Part shown: positions 57,831 to 64,000 of the stretch, piece by piece
Numbering within the stretch: position 1 is the stretch's first letter
Layout: every line of letters begins with the position of its first letter
From: an uncultured delta proteobacterium
GTDB taxonomy: Bacteria; Desulfobacterota; Desulfobacteria; Desulfobacterales; Desulfosalsimonadaceae
Assembly: GCA_963826785.1 (NCBI GenBank)
Contig: CAWGYD010000008.1
Location: 128,001 to 192,000 of the forward strand
Direction of reading: 5' to 3'
DNA: 64,000 nucleotides
The notes under the pieces: generated by a model
What the model saw: the letters and a program-made list of their open reading frames with translations, nothing else
What the model was told of the DNA's origin: nothing
The model's database searches: none
Position numbers and translations under genes: made by a program

Positions 57831-58739
57831 CTACTTGATTTTCGCGTAAACCCTGCGGATGGCATCGGCAATGGCCGCGGGTTCCTCTTCCTGGATAAAA
57901 TGCCCCGCTTCAGTTTCCGTTACGCCGGCCTGCGGCAGCGCCTCTGTCGTGCGCTTCAACAGCCGGCCCAGAACAGGGTCTTTCTTTCCCCACACGATTT
58001 CCACCGGGCCGGAAAACGATTTCACGAAGGCGAAGCATTTTCCAAGGGGTTCAACCGAGGGGTGTGCAAGGGAATCGGGGACCATCCGGGCCAGGGCCAG
58101 GGGCGCGGCATTGTCCCGGATTCTGCGCAGGGGATACCGGTAGGCCCTGGCCGCCGCGCCGGAAATGCTTGACGGGTCCCCCTGGGCTTTGTGAAGCGCG
58201 ATCTGGGGAAAACTAAATCCCCGGAACAAGATGGTGCTGATCACCGGCATCTGGCTGAGCCGGTGAAAAAAGGTGGGTTTAAAGCCCGGCTTCGGCGGGC
58301 CGATGGCCGTATTGAGCACCACCATCCCTTTGGCCATATTGGGCCGGTCGGAGAGCGCGCGCAATCCAATGGGGCCGCCCCAGTCCTGCCCCACAAATAT
58401 CAGGGAATCGATTCCCAGCTGGTCGATGAACGATCTGAGCCAGGCGGCATGATTTTCCAGGGTGTGGATGCGCATGTCGGCCGGCTTGTCCGAAAACCCC
58501 AGCCCGATCAGGTCCGGCGCAATGCACCGGAAGCCTTCTTCAGCCAGGTTCCGCATAACGTGCCGGTACAAAAATCCCCAGGTGGGATTGCCGTGCAGCA
58601 TCAGCACCGGATACCCTTTTCCGGATTCCGTCACGTGCATGAACCGGTCTTCGCCCACCCGGATTCGGTACCGGGCATGCCCCAGGGGCAGCATCTGTGC
58701 AATCCATTCCGGCATGGCCGGCGCCGTGAGCTTGTTCAT
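57831..58739 (-). CDS. Haloalkane dehalogenase-like alpha/beta hydrolase
   Basis: HGNPTW, APDLIGLGFSDKP, QDWGGPIG, GHFIQEE. Confidence 0.85.
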   Translation of the reverse strand: MNKLTAPAMPEWIAQMLPLGHARYRIRVGEDRFMHVTESGKGYPVLMLHGNPTWGFLYRHVMRNLAEEGFRCIAPDLIGLGFSDKPADMRIHTLENHAAWLRSFIDQLGIDSLIFVGQDWGGPIGLRALSDRPNMAKGMVVLNTAIGPPKPGFKPTFFHRLSQMPVISTILFRGFSFPQIALHKAQGDPSSISGAAARAYRYPLRRIRDNAAPLALARMVPDSLAHPSVEPLGKCFAFVKSFSGPVEIVWGKKDPVLGRLLKRTTEALPQAGVTETEAGHFIQEEEPAAIADAIRRVYAKIK

Positions 58740-58944
58740 CCCCTCACCCCCCTGAGATCGTTATCGCGTTTTTTTCGGATATAAATGTAAGCGGCTTTTT
58801 GAAAAATTGCCACCCGCATCTTCCTGCCGGCCGCAATGGTTCTTGATCTTCGGGCCAATAGAAAATACATTTATGAGAAACTCAGTCCCATTGTATGATA
58901 CGGTTTCATTCTTTTAGGTCTTGAATCCATGCGCGTAAACATGA

Positions 58945-60555
58945 ATGAAAATGACTAAACCCGGACCCAGCGCTGAGACGATGGCAAACTGGCGGATCAG
59001 CGATCTGATCGACCTGGAATATTTTCTGCCCGGGGACGAAACCGGGGCGGATGCCGCTTCCGGACCGGATATTTCCCGGGACAGGGAAATTTATCTCTCC
59101 TATGCAAAGGCCCATCAGCCGCCGTTTCCCCGCCGGGACCTGCTCAGGTACTGGCTGGAGGCCAGACGGGGAAAAACGCACGCACCGGGCCGGGAGGCCG
59201 AACTGCCCGGCGCGGCATTTGACGAATCGTGGCGGGTCGCGCGCGTACTGGTCATCATTTCAGCCCTGTTCTTCGGCGCATCCCTCTCCTGGTCCGTGCT
59301 GTCCTACAGCGGCCATGAGCCCATCAACATTTTCACCTGCCTGTGGATCTTCATCGTTCCCCAGATCGCCCTGCTCTCTTTTCTGGCCATAACCGTGCTC
59401 CTGCACCAGGTCGGCATCATCGGGTCCTTCAAGAGCATGTACCCCCTGCTCTCCGCCCTGGTCCGGAGGATGGCCGCCCGCATGCGCAATACCGGACAAG
59501 ACGCCTTGTCCGCATCCCGCCGCAGCCGCATCTCCGGTGTCGCCGGGCTGATCGGCAAACAAAAAACCCTCTATGGATCGGTGTTTCTCTGGCCGGTGTT
59601 CATCCTGGCGCAGCTGTTCGGCCTCTGCTTCAACATCGGCCTTCTGGCGGCCACGCTGTTGAAGCTCACCATCACCGACCTGGCATTCGGGTGGCAGTCC
59701 ACCCTGCAGTTGGCCCCGGAGAGCGTCTACGAACTGGTCCATGCCATATCATTTCCATGGGTGTGGTTTGCCCCGCCCCCCATCGGGCATCCCACGCTTT
59801 CGCAGATCGCCGGGAGCAAGATGGTGCTCAAGGAAGGCATCGTCGGCCTGACCACGGCCAACCTGGTCTCCTGGTGGCCGTTTCTGTGTTTTGCCATCCT
59901 CTTTTACGGTTTTCTGCCGCGCCTGACGCTTTTGCTCATCGGCATGTGGCGCAGAAAAGCCGCCCTGGACCGGATCGATTTTTCCCACAGCGCATGCGAT
60001 CGGCTGATCCAGCACATGCAGACGCCGCGGGTGAATACGTCCAGCCGGATATTCTCGTCTGAGCCCGGGTTCTCCCCTGCGCCTGCTGCCGCACCGAAAC
60101 CGCCTGCCGAGGATTCGGCCGCGGTCCGGGCGGAAGGCGGCACCGCCCTGGTGGTGCTGCCGGAGGATATAGACGATAAATGCGATCCGAACCTGTTGTC
60201 CGAGCGCCTCGGCCAGATCCTGGGCCTGCGGGTGGAGAAAAAGATCCGTTCGGAGATGGATCCCGCGCAGGACCGGCAGGCGATGCAAACTTTAATTTCA
60301 GGGAGCAAAAACGCTGATCTTCGCGTGGTGGTGCTCCAGGAAGCCTGGCAGCCGCCCATCAGGGAAACACTGGAATGGATCAGGGCGCTGCGCGGCGCAG
60401 TCAATGATCATACCGGCATGATCATTGCCCTGATCGGCAAACCCGCCGGACAGGAGATATTTACCACCCCGGACGACACCGACCGGGTCATCTGGAACCA
60501 GGCGGTCAACGGCATGGGCGATCCGTATATCCGGGTGGAAAACCTGGGCGGATAA
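58945..60555 (+). CDS. DUF2868-like membrane protein
   Basis: DLIDLEY, PINIF, DLAFGWQSTL, WWPFL...YG.LPR, EAWQPP; upstream of a DUF3482-type GTPase. Confidence 0.75.
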   Translation: MKMTKPGPSAETMANWRISDLIDLEYFLPGDETGADAASGPDISRDREIYLSYAKAHQPPFPRRDLLRYWLEARRGKTHAPGREAELPGAAFDESWRVARVLVIISALFFGASLSWSVLSYSGHEPINIFTCLWIFIVPQIALLSFLAITVLLHQVGIIGSFKSMYPLLSALVRRMAARMRNTGQDALSASRRSRISGVAGLIGKQKTLYGSVFLWPVFILAQLFGLCFNIGLLAATLLKLTITDLAFGWQSTLQLAPESVYELVHAISFPWVWFAPPPIGHPTLSQIAGSKMVLKEGIVGLTTANLVSWWPFLCFAILFYGFLPRLTLLLIGMWRRKAALDRIDFSHSACDRLIQHMQTPRVNTSSRIFSSEPGFSPAPAAAPKPPAEDSAAVRAEGGTALVVLPEDIDDKCDPNLLSERLGQILGLRVEKKIRSEMDPAQDRQAMQTLISGSKNADLRVVVLQEAWQPPIRETLEWIRALRGAVNDHTGMIIALIGKPAGQEIFTTPDDTDRVIWNQAVNGMGDPYIRVENLGG

Positions 60556-60585
60556 CAAGGTCGTCAATTTGAGATAAGGTTTATC

Positions 60586-62010
60586 ATGGAAACGACATCC
60601 CCCGCATTTGCCATTCTCGGGCATCCCAACGAGGGAAAGTCCTCGGTGGTCTCCACGCTGGCCGAGGATGACCGGGTCCCCATCAGCCCCACGCCGGGGG
60701 AGACCCGGAAATGCCACGAATACCCGGTCACGGTGGACGGCCATGAAATCCTGCGGTTCGTCGACACCCCGGGTTTCCAGCAGCCCCGCCGGACCCATCA
60801 GTGGATGACCGCCTATACCGGGGAAAATTCCCGCATGATCGCCGATTTCATTTCAGCCCATGTAACTGATCCCCAGTTTTCAGACGAGTGCGAACTAATG
60901 ACCCCCCTGGCGGCCGGCGCCGGGATCATTTACGTGGTGGATGGATCACGCCCCCTGCGCCGGACCGACATCATGGAAATGGATATCCTGAGGCTGACCG
61001 GTCTGCCCCGCATGGCGGTCATCAACACCAAGGAACAAAACCGGGTCGATTTTATCGACGCGTGGAAAACCGAAGCCCGCAAGCATTTCAACATCATCCG
61101 GGTCTTTGATGCCCACCGGGCCACCTATGCCGAGCGGATCGACCTGATGGAAAGCCTCAAAATGATCGACCCGGACTGGCAGCCGGCCCTGACCCGGGCC
61201 ATAGAGGCCTTCCAGAAGGACTGGCAGCAGCGCCTCAACGACACCGCCGTCACCATCATCCTGCTGCTCCAACAGGCGCAAAAGGCTTCAGTGTCCAAAA
61301 CCTGCGAAACCCAGGAGGAGATTGAAGAGATAAAAGATCAGCTCCAGGAAAAATACCAGCAGGAAATCCATCAGATCGAAAAAGCCGCGCACAGGCGAAT
61401 CCGCAAGCGGTTCAAGCACAACATCTTCAACTACGACCTGCCCCCCCACTCCATCCTGAAGGAGGACCTGTTTTCAAGGGCCTCCTGGCGGGTGCTGGGA
61501 CTGAAACAGTGGCAACTGGCCGCGGCCGCCGGCGCCGGCGGCGGTGCGCTGGGCGCGCAGATCGACCTGGCCCTGGCCGGGCACACCCTGGGTCTGTTCA
61601 CGGCCATTGGCGGCGCCATCGGGGCGGGTTCCGCTCTGCTGGGCGCCCGGCAGGCAGCGGGTACGAAAATCGTGGGAATGCCGCTGGGCCGGTACAAGGT
61701 CCGGGTGGGCCCCATGCAGAATCAGCAGATGCTGTTCATCCTGCTGGACCGCGCCCTGATCTATGTTTCCCACGTGATCAACTGGGCCCACAGCCGCCGG
61801 GAGCAGTCCGGTCCGCCACAGGCGGCGGAAGGCGCCAAGGCGGGCTACACATCGAAAATGGATGCCTCCCAAAAACAGCTGCTGGCGTCCTTCTTCAAAT
61901 CCCTTCAAAAAGACGATCCCGTTCGGGTCGAATCTCTGCGCTCCCGTGTGGAAGCCCTGCTCACCGACCAGCTCAACCAGATCTCCCGTCAAAAAGCGCC
62001 CGTGGAATAG
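60586..62010 (+). CDS. GTPase with DUF3482-like C-terminus
   Basis: GHPNEGKSS, PGET, DTPGFQ, Gly/Ala-rich hydrophobic hairpin (GAGGGALGAQIDL...GGAIGAG). Confidence 0.82.
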   Translation: METTSPAFAILGHPNEGKSSVVSTLAEDDRVPISPTPGETRKCHEYPVTVDGHEILRFVDTPGFQQPRRTHQWMTAYTGENSRMIADFISAHVTDPQFSDECELMTPLAAGAGIIYVVDGSRPLRRTDIMEMDILRLTGLPRMAVINTKEQNRVDFIDAWKTEARKHFNIIRVFDAHRATYAERIDLMESLKMIDPDWQPALTRAIEAFQKDWQQRLNDTAVTIILLLQQAQKASVSKTCETQEEIEEIKDQLQEKYQQEIHQIEKAAHRRIRKRFKHNIFNYDLPPHSILKEDLFSRASWRVLGLKQWQLAAAAGAGGGALGAQIDLALAGHTLGLFTAIGGAIGAGSALLGARQAAGTKIVGMPLGRYKVRVGPMQNQQMLFILLDRALIYVSHVINWAHSRREQSGPPQAAEGAKAGYTSKMDASQKQLLASFFKSLQKDDPVRVESLRSRVEALLTDQLNQISRQKAPVE

Positions 62011-62085
62011 TTTGTATTTGATTCCAGGCCCAATTTCTTCTAAACAGTAGAAATTGTGCACCGATTCACATTCAGTGGAGGTTTT

Positions 62086-63768
62086 ATGGAAGACGTTTCC
62101 CTGGCCGACCAGTCCCGGCTGGCCATCCGCACCTTCAAGACCATCGCGGATGCGGCCCTGCTGAGGGGATATTACCGCATGGGCGGTCGGACCGGCAGCA
62201 CCCTCGAGTCCGCCCTGCGCATCTTAAGCCCTGAAATATACGGTTCCATGAACGAACCCCGCTCCATCGAGTTAAAGGGGCTGGAATATGTCATCGACCG
62301 GCTTCCTAAAGGAATCGAATCCTGCCACCGCATCGTGATGACCGCCCACGAGGATTACCGGGGGGCCGCCTTTGAAAAGATCATGCCCCTGTCGCGCCGC
62401 CGGGTGTCCTACCGGATCAGCCCCACGGAAATGAGTTTTGCCATCACCCGCGGCCAGAGTGAAATCTATGACATTCTCACCCACATCACCTTCCTGTATA
62501 TCGAGGCCAAAAAGATCCAGAACAAGATGCGTGATGATTACGGCCAGATCACGGTGGAATGGCAGATGTTCGAAAAGAACCTTCCCTGTGTGGAAAACAT
62601 GTGCTCCCAGGAACTGGACCAGACCCTGTGGAACTTAAGCCTGCTTCTGGGACGGACTTTTGACGAAACCAAGGCCACCTTCGCCTACCTGGAAAAAAAC
62701 CGGACTGAAAAGGACAGCAACAACGGGCTGTTTAACATTATCTACAGCCTGGCCAGACTGGTGGATGAGGAAAAGGACAAGGAAAAAGCGGTCACCGTCC
62801 ATTTCACGCCGTCTTTGAGCAACCTGATCTTAAACCGCATCTATGCCCGGCAGTGGGCTGCGGCCATCAAGGAAAAACTCTTTTCACTGGGGCTCCAGGA
62901 CCGCCCCCTGCACATCTTCAGCGCCAACCTGCACAGCACGGTAAACCTGCTCTACGGATATGCGGCGGTGAAAGCCGACAAACCCTCGGCGGATCAGCAG
63001 GACCTTTATGAATTCATCCGCCAGCTGCGGGAAAACAGCCTGGATGTCCTTGAAGTTGCGGAAGAAAACGGGTGCTGCATGATCCATGATGAAAGCGGCT
63101 CCCAGATCGAATGCCAACTCATCGACACCCTGCCCCTGGCAAAAATCCCCCTTCACCCCGCCCTGAATATCGAAAAGGATACGGTGAAAGCCGAAAAGCC
63201 GGTGATCCTGGTGATGGATTACGCCTTCGGCGAGCAGGCGTTTGAACTGATGGACGAACTGCTCTATCCCTGGCCGGTCAACGGCGGCAAGCAGGCGCTG
63301 AATACCCGCTCCATTTCCATCATCGGCAAGGCGGGCATCCTGCCGGGGGAAAAGGGCGACATCATGCTGGCCACCGCCCACGTGCTGGAAGGCACTCCCC
63401 ATAATTACATCATCGACAATGACCTGACCGAGTCGGATTTCGACGACAGCGTGGGGGTGTTCACCGGCCCCCTGATCACCGTTTTGGGAACATCGCTCCA
63501 GAACCGGCACGTTTTGCAGAAATTCCAGCTCTCCACCTGGAAGGCCGTGGGCCTGGAAATGGAAGGGGGCCATTACCAGCGGGCCATCAACGCGGCCATC
63601 ATCCGCGGCCATGTCTCCAAGGATATTAAAATCCGCTACGCCTATTACGCCTCGGACAACCCCTTGAAGAGCGGCCAGACGCTGGCCTCGGGAAGCATGG
63701 GACTCGAGGGGATCAAGCCGACCTATCTGATCAGCAAACTGATCCTGGAAAAAATCTTGCACGCGTGA
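62086..63768 (+). CDS. Conserved hypothetical protein with C-terminal nucleoside-phosphorylase-like fold (DUF6909-like)
   Basis: PEIYGS, ELKGL.YVIDRLP.GIE.C, SANLHS, MDYAFGEQA, GKAGIL, TVLGTSLQN, GLEMEG, YYASDNPL; GGAGG SD. Confidence 0.7.
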   Translation: MEDVSLADQSRLAIRTFKTIADAALLRGYYRMGGRTGSTLESALRILSPEIYGSMNEPRSIELKGLEYVIDRLPKGIESCHRIVMTAHEDYRGAAFEKIMPLSRRRVSYRISPTEMSFAITRGQSEIYDILTHITFLYIEAKKIQNKMRDDYGQITVEWQMFEKNLPCVENMCSQELDQTLWNLSLLLGRTFDETKATFAYLEKNRTEKDSNNGLFNIIYSLARLVDEEKDKEKAVTVHFTPSLSNLILNRIYARQWAAAIKEKLFSLGLQDRPLHIFSANLHSTVNLLYGYAAVKADKPSADQQDLYEFIRQLRENSLDVLEVAEENGCCMIHDESGSQIECQLIDTLPLAKIPLHPALNIEKDTVKAEKPVILVMDYAFGEQAFELMDELLYPWPVNGGKQALNTRSISIIGKAGILPGEKGDIMLATAHVLEGTPHNYIIDNDLTESDFDDSVGVFTGPLITVLGTSLQNRHVLQKFQLSTWKAVGLEMEGGHYQRAINAAIIRGHVSKDIKIRYAYYASDNPLKSGQTLASGSMGLEGIKPTYLISKLILEKILHA

Positions 63769-63914
63769 GTATCAGGACAAGATAGACATGAAAAAATTCA
63801 GTTGATCGGGTGATGATAGGACCAGTTGCCAATTTTGCCATGAATTCAGAAACCTATTTATTCAATTGAAATAGATTGATCCTTTGGCCGCATTCAACGG
63901 CCCCATCCTTTGTC

Positions 63915-63944
63915 TTGACACCCATCCGCATTTCCCCCTATATT
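63915..63944 (+). promoter_or_regulatory. Putative sigma70 promoter for a gene starting at the window end
   Basis: TTGACA, 18-nt spacer, TATATT; AAGGA near 63987 and 'AT' as the last two bases. Confidence 0.5.
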
Positions 63945-64000
63945 CGCACTGCTTTTCAGGTTTGCTTCCCATTCAGTTATGCCAGCAAGGATTTATCCAT

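Noticed and set aside
1..64000. rRNA, tRNA, SRP RNA, CRISPR arrays, integrases, transposases
   Set aside because: None recognised in any intergenic region or ORF by manual reading.

Overview
GC-rich bacterial chromosomal window. Gene content and order (ffh-rpsP-khpA-rimM-trmD-RNA methyltransferase-rplS-rnhB-yraN-rsmI, DUF362/Fe-S pair, acyl-CoA dehydrogenases, PAS hybrid kinase) suggest a sulfate-reducer-like Desulfobacterota genome; this is an inference. Most of the window is housekeeping or metabolic. The stand-out region is a ~12.8 kb AT-rich island (~10.2-23.0 kb) with no integrase or transposase. It carries a six-gene co-oriented cluster: an FHA-GYF-Zn ribbon-TRAFAC GTPase, a GAP1-like (GTPase-associated) membrane protein, a 964-aa single-TM helical protein, a MotA/TolQ/ExbB channel, and two different ExbD/TolR-like subunits. 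Three exported or membrane proteins precede it, one resembling a degenerate S1/P1-phospholipase C fold with 38-aa repeats. This looks like a GTPase 'conflict system' joined to an ion-driven 5:2-type motor with no TonB, flagellar or Zorya effector genes. It is a candidate uncharacterised envelope-sensing or defence machine. Also seen: a 147-bp MITE-like element with 19-bp perfect inverted repeats, a frameshifted hybrid kinase, and a truncated pseudogene at the island's left edge. No rRNA, tRNA or CRISPR array was recognised. Family names come from recognising motifs by eye, not from database searches.
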